From assembly GCA_041641295.1 (NCBI GenBank), contig JBEPYO010000001.1, positions 1,241,006-1,305,005 of the forward strand: a stretch of 64,000 bases of DNA, in the 5' to 3' direction. Position 1 is the first letter of the stretch. Every line of letters starts with the position of its first letter. The translations under genes were made by a program, and so were the position numbers. This DNA comes from Nitrososphaerota archaeon. Lineage in GTDB: Archaea > Thermoproteota > Nitrososphaeria_A > Caldarchaeales > Calditenuaceae. The notes under the pieces are model-generated. The model worked only from the letters and a program-made list of their open reading frames with translations. It ran no database searches and had not been told where the DNA came from. Of the stretch, positions 36,337 to 44,503 are shown piece after piece.

Positions 36337-37541
36337 TGAGCCTGAGCGTTCTGATGCTTAGCTGGGAGTTTCCGCCCAGAATAGTTGGAGGGCTGGCCGC
36401 CCACGTCCACGACCTCTCAGTAGAGCTAAGCAGGAAAGGAGTCGAAGTGCATGTCCTCACCCTAGACTTTCCGGGCGCGGCGGAGAGGGAGAGGGTGAAT
36501 GGCGTAAATGTATATCGCGTAGACTCCTACAAGTATCCGGCGCCAGATTTCGCATCCTGGATCGCCATGATGAACGTAAACCTTCTGAACTACGCCTGCG
36601 GACTGCTGAGGAGCGTGTTGCAGAGGCCCTCCATAATTCATGCACACGACTGGCTCGTAGCATATGCTGGAATAGCTCTCAAACACATCTTTAGAGTCCC
36701 GCTCGTAGCGACCATCCACTCGACGGAATATGGCAGGCGGGGAGGGATACACGACGACTATCAGAGAATGATTGCCTCTACGGAGGCATGGCTCTCTAGG
36801 GAGGCTTGGAGGGTGATATGTTGCAGCAGATACATGGCAGAAGAGGTTAACAGGGTCTTGGGCACGCCGCTGGACAAGATAGACGTGATACCGAACGGCG
36901 TCTATATCGAGAACTTCCAGCCTCGAGACAACCGCGCCGAGTTGCGGTCAAGGTATGCACTCCCCCACGAGAAGCTTGTCCTCTACGTTGGCAGGCTCGT
37001 CCACGAGAAGGGAGTCCACCTGCTGGTCGAGGCAATCCCACGCATCCTCCATAGCGTAGACGCAAAATTCGTCATAGTTGGCGAAGGATATCTCAAGGAA
37101 TGGGTCAAGAGACGGGCGGGAGAGCTAGGCGTCTCCCAGAAAGTATATGTTACCGGCTTCTTGGACGTAGAGACCCTCAGAAGGCTCTACACGATCGCGG
37201 ACGTCTTGGTTATGCCTTCGCTCTACGAGCCTTTCGGCATAGTCGCCCTAGAAGCTGCTGCTTCACGTCTTCCAATAGTCTCCACGTGCGTGGGTGGGAT
37301 AGGCGAGATAGTGAGCCACATGGAGAGCTGTGTATGCGTTTATCCCAACCCGGACTCCATAGCGTGGGGGGTAGTCCAAGTGCTCACCAATCCAGGACTG
37401 GCGGAGCACATCAGGAACAACGCATACGAGAGGGTGAAAAGCGCCTACACCTGGGGAAGAATAGCTGACCAAACGCTGGGAGTCTACCACAGAGTATTGA
37501 ACGAATACAAGTCGATAGAGGGCTGGAAGCCCCGGCTATAA
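36336..37541 (+). CDS. GT-B glycosyltransferase (GT4 family)
   Basis: 401 aa with LSWEFPPRIVGGLAAH, HAHDW, IPNGV, GRLVHEKG and SLYEPFGIVALEAAA. Confidence 0.85.
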   Translation: MSLSVLMLSWEFPPRIVGGLAAHVHDLSVELSRKGVEVHVLTLDFPGAAERERVNGVNVYRVDSYKYPAPDFASWIAMMNVNLLNYACGLLRSVLQRPSIIHAHDWLVAYAGIALKHIFRVPLVATIHSTEYGRRGGIHDDYQRMIASTEAWLSREAWRVICCSRYMAEEVNRVLGTPLDKIDVIPNGVYIENFQPRDNRAELRSRYALPHEKLVLYVGRLVHEKGVHLLVEAIPRILHSVDAKFVIVGEGYLKEWVKRRAGELGVSQKVYVTGFLDVETLRRLYTIADVLVMPSLYEPFGIVALEAAASRLPIVSTCVGGIGEIVSHMESCVCVYPNPDSIAWGVVQVLTNPGLAEHIRNNAYERVKSAYTWGRIADQTLGVYHRVLNEYKSIEGWKPRL

Positions 37542-37606
37542 TTTCTAACACGCTAGGCATAACCTCCCGAGCCAAGTTTATATCCAATGGATGGAATAGA
37601 ACCCTT

Positions 37607-37975
37607 GTGGAGAAACGTAAACCAAGTCCAAGACAAGTATCGAGAGGGCGCGGAGCGAACATTTTTGAAACCGTCGAGAGGATAGATTTTGTAGAGGGAT
37701 TCGGCGAAATTATACGCTCAGCCCGCGAGAGGCTCGGACTGACCCAAGAAGAGCTGGCTAACCTCGTCCACGAGAAGGTCTCCATAATAAAGAAGCTTGA
37801 GGCCGGCTCCTTCAGACCACCTATCGAGCTGGCGCGAAACATAGAGAAAGTCCTCAAGATACGGATCGTCAGGGAGCTAAGAGACGAGGACATACACATC
37901 ACCCCGCCAAAGACACTACAGAGGGGCGTAACGCTGGGCGACCTTCTCTCCTCTAAGGACGAGAAGAAAGAGTAG
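37607..37975 (+). CDS. mbf1: MBF1-like XRE-family HTH protein (no N-terminal zinc ribbon)
   Basis: 122 aa with IRSARERLGLTQEELANLVHEKVSIIKKLEAGSFRPPIELARNIEKVLKIRI, matching the archaeal MBF1 C-terminal HTH. GTG start, with TATA TTTATAT (37577-37583) about 27 nt upstream. Confidence 0.7.
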   Translation: MEKRKPSPRQVSRGRGANIFETVERIDFVEGFGEIIRSARERLGLTQEELANLVHEKVSIIKKLEAGSFRPPIELARNIEKVLKIRIVRELRDEDIHITPPKTLQRGVTLGDLLSSKDEKKE

Positions 37976-38114
37976 TCGGGCATACTCTGTTGGTTTTGCG
38001 TACCTTTTTGGGTGACAGGTTAAATACTCTGATAGTGCATTATATAGTAGGGCTAGGAAAGGGTGGTGTGGCTCGCAGGTAGGCGCTAGAAGGGTCGCGA
38101 TAGTCCACAGATAC

Positions 38115-39347
38115 TTGGATGATGAGGAGCCCAACTTGGAGGAGCTTGCGGAGCTCTGTGAGACAGCTGGATACGAGGTGGTCTACGAGCTATCACAGAG
38201 GCGGCACCCTCACAGCCAGTACAACATCGGGCCCAGCAAGGTGAAGGAGCTTGCAGAGGCGGTGAAAAGGCTGGGCATAGAGAAGGTCATATTCGAGAAC
38301 GAGCTGAAGCCCATTCAGGAGTACAATCTGGCCAAGGCGCTGGGCGTCGAGGTAATCGACAGAATAAGGCTAATCTTGGAGATCTTCACACTCCACGCCT
38401 CGAGCCTTGAGGCTAAACTCCAGATAAAGCTGGCGGAGCTCAAGTACGAGCTTCCAAGGGCCAAGGAGAAGGTCAGGCTAGCGAAGAGGGGCGAGCAACC
38501 AGGATTCCACGGGCTGGGCGCCTACGAGGCCGACGTATACTACGAGGAGATCAGTAGGAGGATACAGAAGCTACAGGAGAGGCTCGAGGAGATAAAGATG
38601 AAGAAGGCCATCTCCATCAGACGCAGTAGACTTGACGGCACACCCTCAATAGCGCTCGCCGGCTACACCAACTCCGGCAAATCAACACTCTTCAAGAGGC
38701 TCACAGGCTATCCCACCGCGATATCGAATAAACTCTTCACAACCCTCTCAACTAAGAAACGGGTCGCGAGGATCATGGGGAAGCCGGTGTATGTCTCGGA
38801 CACTGTAGGTTTTATAAAGAATGTCCCAGCCATGCTCGTCTCAGCCTTCATGTCGACTTTGATGGAGGTTGTCGAGTCTGACCTCGTCTTACTCCTAGTT
38901 GATGGCTCCCTCCCTCTACCGGAGGTAAAGCTCCGCCTCAACGTCGCCCTCTCCACACTGAGGCAGATAGGCGTAGTCAACAAGCCGATCATTATAGTGT
39001 TTAACAAGGCCGACCTCATACCACCCGAGAAGCGGGACAAACTAGTCGAGATGGTTGACGGCGCCTATCCCGCAGTGGTCATATCTGCTAAGACGGGCGA
39101 AAATATAGACCTCCTTGAAAAAACCATAGACTCCATGCTCTCAGGCTTTGTCACGTTCATTGCAAGGATACCACTAATGGAGGCTAGTCCACAGCTCATA
39201 ACTTGGCTCCGAGAGAAGGGCCGAGTAGAGCTAATGGAATACCGCGATGGATTCCTAGAGATCAAAGCAACAACTCCCGCCCAGCTCGCCGAGAGAGTGC
39301 GGGCCCTCACCTACAACGGCGGGAGCTTCGTTCTGGGCGAGACTTAA
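38115..39347 (+). CDS. hflX: GTPase HflX
   Basis: 410 aa with the HflX N-domain (LEIFTLHASSLEAKLQIKLAELKYELPR) and G motifs GYTNSGKST, DTVGF and NKAD. The 5' end is problematic (see findings). Confidence 0.9.
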   Translation: MDDEEPNLEELAELCETAGYEVVYELSQRRHPHSQYNIGPSKVKELAEAVKRLGIEKVIFENELKPIQEYNLAKALGVEVIDRIRLILEIFTLHASSLEAKLQIKLAELKYELPRAKEKVRLAKRGEQPGFHGLGAYEADVYYEEISRRIQKLQERLEEIKMKKAISIRRSRLDGTPSIALAGYTNSGKSTLFKRLTGYPTAISNKLFTTLSTKKRVARIMGKPVYVSDTVGFIKNVPAMLVSAFMSTLMEVVESDLVLLLVDGSLPLPEVKLRLNVALSTLRQIGVVNKPIIIVFNKADLIPPEKRDKLVEMVDGAYPAVVISAKTGENIDLLEKTIDSMLSGFVTFIARIPLMEASPQLITWLREKGRVELMEYRDGFLEIKATTPAQLAERVRALTYNGGSFVLGET

Positions 39348-39374
39348 TATACGTGGATATTGTATCTTGGTCTG

Positions 39375-39533
39375 ATGCTAAGGCGGGACGATTTAGGCGT
39401 CAGGGGACTTCAGGGCCCCAGCGTGATAATGCCATCAGACATAGAGAGGCTTGTCCGAGAGGTAATGCTCCTCAAGGAGGAGGTAAGGAAGATAAGAAAG
39501 GCCTTGGAGGAGCACGGCATCAAAGTAGAGTAG
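39375..39533 (+). CDS. possible small coiled-coil protein (52 aa)
   Basis: ORF MLRRDDLGVRGLQGPSVIMPSDIERLVREVMLLKEEVRKIRKALEEHGIKVE is below the track cut-off. It has an amphipathic helix. An alternative ATG is at 39429. There is no homology evidence. Confidence 0.2.
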   Translation: MLRRDDLGVRGLQGPSVIMPSDIERLVREVMLLKEEVRKIRKALEEHGIKVE

Positions 39534-40086
39534 GTAGGTCGCTGTAAACGGCCATTATCAGGGGGACCAGCCTCCTCGTCAACTTGTCTAAAGCGGCGAC
39601 CTCAGCCCTGCACTTTACAGAAGTATACCTCAATTCCTGCTTGGCATTTAGAGCTCGGTGTCTGGTGCTTGGCTCGAGGGCTCTGGCCGGCTTTAGGACA
39701 GGGTCTACTGGGACTCTAAAAAATCTGCACACATCGTAGAGGCTGCTGGCACTTAGGCCCAATCGGCTCGACACTAAGCTGTGGAGGTCTATGTGTCTCG
39801 CAGTAAATAATGGTGAGGGATCCAATCCATAGAAAAGCATCTTAGCGGTTAGGAATGGGACGAGCCTAGACTCGCCTTCCCAGCTGATGTATATGTGGCT
39901 GGCCCTCAACACACGCTCCAGAGAAGCTATTGCCGCCCTCTCACCACCTATATTCCTGAGAATTCTGATCTTCTCTTTCGCGTCACTGAGCTCCTTGTAC
40001 CCTATGCACAGCAGCATTCCTTTGTCTGGGTGTGGATCGGTAGTCTCTATGGCCAGTATGTGGGTAGTAGGTCTCAGCTTCATCAT
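39520..40086 (-). CDS. hypothetical protein, RNase H-like (YprB/DnaQ-type exonuclease fold) with degenerate active site
   Basis: 188 aa. ILAIETT (compare FDIET), ISWEGESRLVPFL (compare NGxxFDxPFL) and HIDLHSL (compare HxDL) suggest the fold. The first acidic residue is Ala. Confidence 0.35.
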   Translation of the reverse strand: MMKLRPTTHILAIETTDPHPDKGMLLCIGYKELSDAKEKIRILRNIGGERAAIASLERVLRASHIYISWEGESRLVPFLTAKMLFYGLDPSPLFTARHIDLHSLVSSRLGLSASSLYDVCRFFRVPVDPVLKPARALEPSTRHRALNAKQELRYTSVKCRAEVAALDKLTRRLVPLIMAVYSDLPTLL

Positions 40087-40101
40087 CCAAAACCTGTAGG
40101 C

Positions 40102-41031
40102 CTATCTCTGGATATAACCCGTCCCACCCACTCTAACAAATGTACCGGGTGGAGCCATGCCCCTGAACTCCTCCGGGTGCAGAATCTCTGCAAGTATCGA
40201 TACCCCCTTAATAGTGCTTGGCGAGTGTCTGCTGAAGTATATCGAGGAGTTGACCGCATAGATCTCACCACTCATGAATGCAGGAGTCTCCCTAACCCAG
40301 TCCTCACCCATCAATAGCTCGGCGTCGCGGTAAGACTCTTGAAGATCGTACCCGCAGGGTCCACAGATTATGACCTCCGGCTCAAACCTCAAAATCTCCT
40401 CAGGTCTAACCCGCCTACTGGGCTTCGCCTTAACACCAAAATCAATCCCTCCAGCAATCTCAACCATCTCCGGAACCCAATGCCCCGAACAGTAGGGTGG
40501 GTCTACCCACTCCATAAAGAAAGTCCTCCTCCTCTCAAGTCCTTGTGCCTTCTCAGCAATCCGCCCTATTTCCTCGCGGAGCTGTGAAACCAGCTCTCCC
40601 GCCTCTTCAGCCCTACCCACAGACTCACCAACCCTCAAAATGTCTCTGAACACATCCTCAATCGAGTGAGGATGAAGTGTTAAGATCTTGGGGCTTGGCC
40701 GTAGCGACCTAATCACACCCTCAATGCTTCCGGGAGTGACTGCGCACACCTCACAGAGCCCCTGAGCTACCACCAAGTCAGGCCTAAGCTCCGATAATAG
40801 TCGACTGTCAACGACGTAAGGCGTCTCACCCTTAGCGTAGAGCTCGGAAATAATCCTGTCAACCTCCCTCGATGACTTGCCACGCGTATCAACCTTCGGA
40901 GAAACAACTACGGGCCTGGTCTGGGCCTCAGGCGGATAGTCGCAGGCATAGGTAACCCCAACAACATCATCGCCCGCACCCAAGGCAAACAATATCTCGG
41001 TGGCACTGGGAACTAGCGAGACGATCCTCAC
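40102..41031 (-). CDS. BtuF/FhuD-like (cluster A-2) substrate-binding protein, no signal peptide
   Basis: 309 aa with MRIVSLVPSATEILFALGAGDDVVGVT..CDYP, typical of cobalamin/Fe-siderophore-type binding proteins. No adjacent permease or ATPase. Confidence 0.7.
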   Translation of the reverse strand: MRIVSLVPSATEILFALGAGDDVVGVTYACDYPPEAQTRPVVVSPKVDTRGKSSREVDRIISELYAKGETPYVVDSRLLSELRPDLVVAQGLCEVCAVTPGSIEGVIRSLRPSPKILTLHPHSIEDVFRDILRVGESVGRAEEAGELVSQLREEIGRIAEKAQGLERRRTFFMEWVDPPYCSGHWVPEMVEIAGGIDFGVKAKPSRRVRPEEILRFEPEVIICGPCGYDLQESYRDAELLMGEDWVRETPAFMSGEIYAVNSSIYFSRHSPSTIKGVSILAEILHPEEFRGMAPPGTFVRVGGTGYIQR

Positions 41032-41160
41032 GGGTTATTAGTCGCTGAAACCCATACTTATTCATTAATTATCCCTCAATAACGCGAGTATATTTCGACG
41101 CCGCACGTGTGTAGGTGGAGGAATCGCATTTAAATAAAACAATTTAGCTAAATGTGAATT

Positions 41161-41592
41161 GTGGTTCTAGACGACTCTGAGCTCGAGCGTATTAAGGCGC
41201 GTAAGATGAAGGAGCTGCTTTCTCGGGGTGAGGGCAGTCCACAGGAAGTCTCGAGTGTCGGGGAGTATCCTAACCAGCCCGTTGAACTGAGTGACGCGGA
41301 GTTTGACCGGTTTGTGAGCAAGTATCCGCTCGTAGTGGTTGATTTTTGGGCCGAGTGGTGTGCGCCCTGCAGGTTCATGGCTCCGGTGGTTAAGGAGCTG
41401 GCGTCTGAGCTGGCGGGGAGGGTGGTTTTCGGAAAACTGAACGTGGACTATAATCCCGTTACTGCGACTAGGTTTGGGATCATGAGTATACCTACCTTTA
41501 TCGTTTTTAAGGACGGGAAGCCGGTTGACGCTATAGTCGGCGCCATGCCGAAGCAGAGGTTCAAGAACATGATCATGCAGTATGTGTCCTAG
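41161..41592 (+). CDS. trxA: thioredoxin
   Basis: 143 aa with the WAEWCAPCR active site, PTFIVFKDGK, and a roughly 35-aa N-terminal extension. GTG start about 27 nt from TATA ATTTAAATAAAA. Confidence 0.9.
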   Translation: MVLDDSELERIKARKMKELLSRGEGSPQEVSSVGEYPNQPVELSDAEFDRFVSKYPLVVVDFWAEWCAPCRFMAPVVKELASELAGRVVFGKLNVDYNPVTATRFGIMSIPTFIVFKDGKPVDAIVGAMPKQRFKNMIMQYVS

Positions 41593-41653
41593 CTCCGGGC
41601 TCCGGCACTAGCTTTATTACAGGACTGGGGATTGTACAGCTGGGCCGCGGGTA

Positions 41654-42580
41654 ATGGGTGTTCTGTCTTACAGCGTAGAGATCGTCGAGCATCTTGACGC
41701 GCGGAGGAGAGAGCTTGAGTCTTGGATTGAGAGGCGGCTAAGCCAGAGACCTGATAGGCAGATTTTTGAGAGGGCCGTTTACGGTGGGAAGAGGCTGCGG
41801 CCTGTCTTCCTCTTACTGGTTTTTGAAGCTCTGGCTGGGAAGGACCGGGAGTCCGCCCTCGATGTGGCGTTTGCCCTAGAGCTGGCGCATGCAGCAAGCC
41901 TAGTTCACGACGACATTATTGACTGGGACGATCTTAGGCGGGGGCGGCCCGCGCTATGGAGGCAGGTGGGGATCAGCAGGGCCGTAGTGGAGGGGCACAG
42001 AATTATCAACCTCGCATTCAGGACGGTTCTCGAGAAGGGGATAGAGATAGCTCGGATCTTTCTCGAGGCGTGGGATAGGGCCTCGCTCGGAGTGCTGGAG
42101 GAGATCCTCTCGACGACCCCGCCCTCTAAGCTGCTCTACCTCCGGATCATCGAGAACAAGACCGCTTCTCTCTTCGCGGCCGCCGCCGAGTCCGCAGCCA
42201 TACTTGCGGGGGCTCCCGAACATGTCCGCATGCTCGCTAAGAACTATGGGAGGTGCGTCGGTATTGTCTACCAGCTAGGCGATGATTACGGTGAGATGCT
42301 CGCGGGTAGAGGTGTTGTGAGGCTGGTGCGAAACCTAGGGAGGATTGAGGAGCTGATAAGGCAGGGATACTTTGCGTTAAAGAGTGGGCGTCTCCGCGAG
42401 CTGATAAATGTGTGGAGGGCTCTTCGTGGATTCCAGGGATATGTGCTGGAGATCTTGGAGGAGACGCTGAGGGAGATAGATAGTCTTGTGGCTGTGATGC
42501 CTGTGGAGGCTCATTACAAGAAGATTTTGAGAGAGTTTCCCAGATACTGTTTTCTCCAGATGGTCAGGGCGAACAGGTAG
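41654..42580 (+). CDS. polyprenyl (geranylgeranyl) diphosphate synthase
   Basis: 308 aa with GKRLRP, first Asp-rich motif LVHDDIIDWDDLRRGRP, and a second motif QLGDDYGE that is slightly degenerate. Confidence 0.85.
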   Translation: MGVLSYSVEIVEHLDARRRELESWIERRLSQRPDRQIFERAVYGGKRLRPVFLLLVFEALAGKDRESALDVAFALELAHAASLVHDDIIDWDDLRRGRPALWRQVGISRAVVEGHRIINLAFRTVLEKGIEIARIFLEAWDRASLGVLEEILSTTPPSKLLYLRIIENKTASLFAAAAESAAILAGAPEHVRMLAKNYGRCVGIVYQLGDDYGEMLAGRGVVRLVRNLGRIEELIRQGYFALKSGRLRELINVWRALRGFQGYVLEILEETLREIDSLVAVMPVEAHYKKILREFPRYCFLQMVRANR

Positions 42581-42665
42581 GGGGTTCTCAGGCGGGATCT
42601 CAGCCCGGCCGTGTAGCAGGGAGCGGCTTATATGCTGGATCGCAGTTGCTAGAAGTGGATGAGGG

Positions 42666-42797
42666 TTGGAGAATTATAGGGCCTGCTCGCGCTGTGGCGC
42701 TGCTGTGAAGAGGCTCAACATGTATCGCGGCCAGGCACTCTGCGACGAGTGCTACGAGAAGGTTGCAAGTGACTCCGACCTGCTCTGCAGCCACTAG
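42666..42797 (+). CDS. possible 43-aa zinc-ribbon protein
   Basis: TTG-start ORF (L)ENYRACSRCGAAVKRLNMYRGQALCDECYEKVASDSDLLCSH with two CxxC pairs. It is below the track cut-off and competes with an unconvincing antisense ORF at 42600..42794. Confidence 0.3.
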   Translation: MENYRACSRCGAAVKRLNMYRGQALCDECYEKVASDSDLLCSH

Positions 42798-42827
42798 TCC
42801 GCGAGGATTTAGGGGATGTTTGTTTAG

Positions 42828-43220
42828 CTACTGTTTGCGGACGAGTTTTTCAATCCTCATTAAGGGGTAGTTCAGCTCATCAATCCAGCTGAGCCTCCCC
42901 CAGACCCTGCTCTGACCATACCTGACCACAACGCTCACCTCGAGGTTCCTAATGTCTATGCGACCGTACCTGTAGGCTGTCTTCCCAATACGCAGGCCCT
43001 TAACCCTCAACTCTACCCTCTCCCTGAATGGCTGGGCGGCGAGGCCCTCGCTCAATTGGGCCAGCAGCCTCTTAATCGCTGCAGGTCTTCTGGGTAGTGG
43101 GAGGCCTAAGAGGTAGTGATAAGCTGTAGCCAGCGCGATTCCCGCCTCGAAAGCCGCCCTCTCAGAGTCGGTGAGGCCCTCGTAGAAATACTTCCTTCCC
43201 GGATCTCTCACTCTCCCCAA
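42828..43220 (-). CDS. COG2098-like protein (archaeal dihydroneopterin aldolase MptD family?)
   Basis: 130 aa. SERAAFEAGIALATAYHYLLGLPL resembles the ERAAFEAGIKLGALYHQF core I recall for MptD-type proteins. This is from memory only. Confidence 0.45.
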   Translation of the reverse strand: MGRVRDPGRKYFYEGLTDSERAAFEAGIALATAYHYLLGLPLPRRPAAIKRLLAQLSEGLAAQPFRERVELRVKGLRIGKTAYRYGRIDIRNLEVSVVVRYGQSRVWGRLSWIDELNYPLMRIEKLVRKQ

Positions 43221-43300
43221 TCCTGTTCGCTGAGTTGTAGCGTTCAGGTGTTAAAAGCCCTTCCCTCCAAAACTTCTACCGGGTGAGGATACTATGAATA

Positions 43301-44296
43301 GTGGGGGTTGACTATCATGGATTCGTGGCTAGGGGCGCGGTCGCTAGGGCCTATACCATGCAGGCCCTCGTGAAGTATCACGGCCTGAGGGACTGGAGCC
43401 TGAGGATTCCGTATCATGACAGCATATCGGTGAACACAGATGTCGCATACACAACTGCGCGTGTTACTTTCGGCTCGTTTGAGAGTGATAAGGTTTTGGC
43501 TGGTGGTGTAGAGCTTGTGGGGCGGCCTCGGGAGCGTGTTATAGCTGTGATAGATAGGGTGAGGGCGCTGGCGGGTATCGATGATAAGTGCGTAGTGGAG
43601 ACTGAGAATCACCCGAGGATAAGGGCCAAGGGCATGGGCTTCTCCTCATCCGCAGGCGCCGCAATAGCCGCGGCCGCCTACAAGGCCGCCTCACTCGACA
43701 AAAAGTATGGATGGGATTTAAGACTCATATCGCGGATCGCTAGGCTGCTGGCAGGCTCTGCATGCCGCTCGGTTGTGGGTGCGTACGCTAAGTGGCTGGC
43801 AGGAACAGGCGACGAGGATAGCTATGCCATAAGAATAGGCGACGCCTCCGACCTAGATATCAGATATGTTATTGTCCCTCTCTGGCTTGATGTCTCAACC
43901 GAGACGGCTCATAGAGAGGCTGAGACCTCACCATTCCTCTGGGCTAGGGTTGAGTCGGCCAATAGGAGGTGCATAGAGCTTGAGAAGGCTATTAAGGACG
44001 GCGACTTCAAGCGATTCGGCGAGCTTGTAGAGAAGGACTCCCTCGAGCTCCACGCTGTAACAATGACCGGCGCCCAAGGGACGATACTCATGACACCAGA
44101 AGCCCTAATGGTGATAGAGATTGTCAAGAGGCTGAGAGGGAAAGGAGTAGCGGCCTACTTCTCAATGCAGACAGGTCCAACCGTCTACGTAAACACCCTC
44201 CCAGAGGATGCTGAGATAGTCGCGGAGGAGATTCGGGCCGGAGGGTTCGACGTACTGGTGTCGGGTATAGGAGGGGAGGTGGAGGTCCTTGGCTGA
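43301..44296 (+). CDS. mevalonate (di/mono)phosphate decarboxylase family, GHMP kinase fold
   Basis: 331 aa with ALVKYHGLRD (compare IKYWGKRD) and GHMP motif GMGFSSSAGAAIAAAA. SD GGTGAGG lies upstream. Substrate specificity is not decidable by eye. Confidence 0.8.
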   Translation: MGVDYHGFVARGAVARAYTMQALVKYHGLRDWSLRIPYHDSISVNTDVAYTTARVTFGSFESDKVLAGGVELVGRPRERVIAVIDRVRALAGIDDKCVVETENHPRIRAKGMGFSSSAGAAIAAAAYKAASLDKKYGWDLRLISRIARLLAGSACRSVVGAYAKWLAGTGDEDSYAIRIGDASDLDIRYVIVPLWLDVSTETAHREAETSPFLWARVESANRRCIELEKAIKDGDFKRFGELVEKDSLELHAVTMTGAQGTILMTPEALMVIEIVKRLRGKGVAAYFSMQTGPTVYVNTLPEDAEIVAEEIRAGGFDVLVSGIGGEVEVLG

Positions 44297-44338
44297 AAGA
44301 GAAGATTAAAAAAGTAAGCGATATGTAAGGTAAATGCG

Positions 44339-44503
44339 ATGGGTGAGGTAACGGTAAAGGAGGAGGATGTACCCTTCTTCGCAGAAGTGACCGCAGGCGG
44401 ACGTATCACCATCCCGGAGGAGATTAGGAAGATCTTCGACATTAAGGATGGGGACTACCTGCTCTGCAGGATCAAGATCGTGAAGAGGCGTAGCCGGGAC
44501 TAG
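44339..44503 (+). CDS. AbrB/MazE/SpoVT-fold small DNA-binding protein
   Basis: 54 aa, below the track cut-off: MGEVTVKEEDVPFFAEVTAGGRITIPEEIRKIFDIKDGDYLLCRIKIVKRRSRD. It carries the canonical GRITIPxEIR..L.I..GD motif. No PIN/MazF partner follows. Confidence 0.6.
   Translation: MGEVTVKEEDVPFFAEVTAGGRITIPEEIRKIFDIKDGDYLLCRIKIVKRRSRD

Noticed and set aside
36567-36610. C/D-box sRNA-like arrangement (ATGATGA ... CTGA ... CTGA)
   Set aside because: It lies inside the GT4 coding sequence, has no C' box and no terminal stem, and the spacing is too short. A chance match is likely. Other TGATGA hits (11569, 38118, 10293) lack a D box.
37411-37983. 190-aa minus-strand ORF
   Set aside because: It is antisense to the GT4 3' end and the MBF1-like gene. 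It is Ser-rich with no motif.
42600-42794. 64-aa minus-strand ORF
   Set aside because: It is Ala/Leu/Pro-rich with no features. The opposite strand encodes a more plausible CxxC...CxxC mini-protein. Both remain low confidence.
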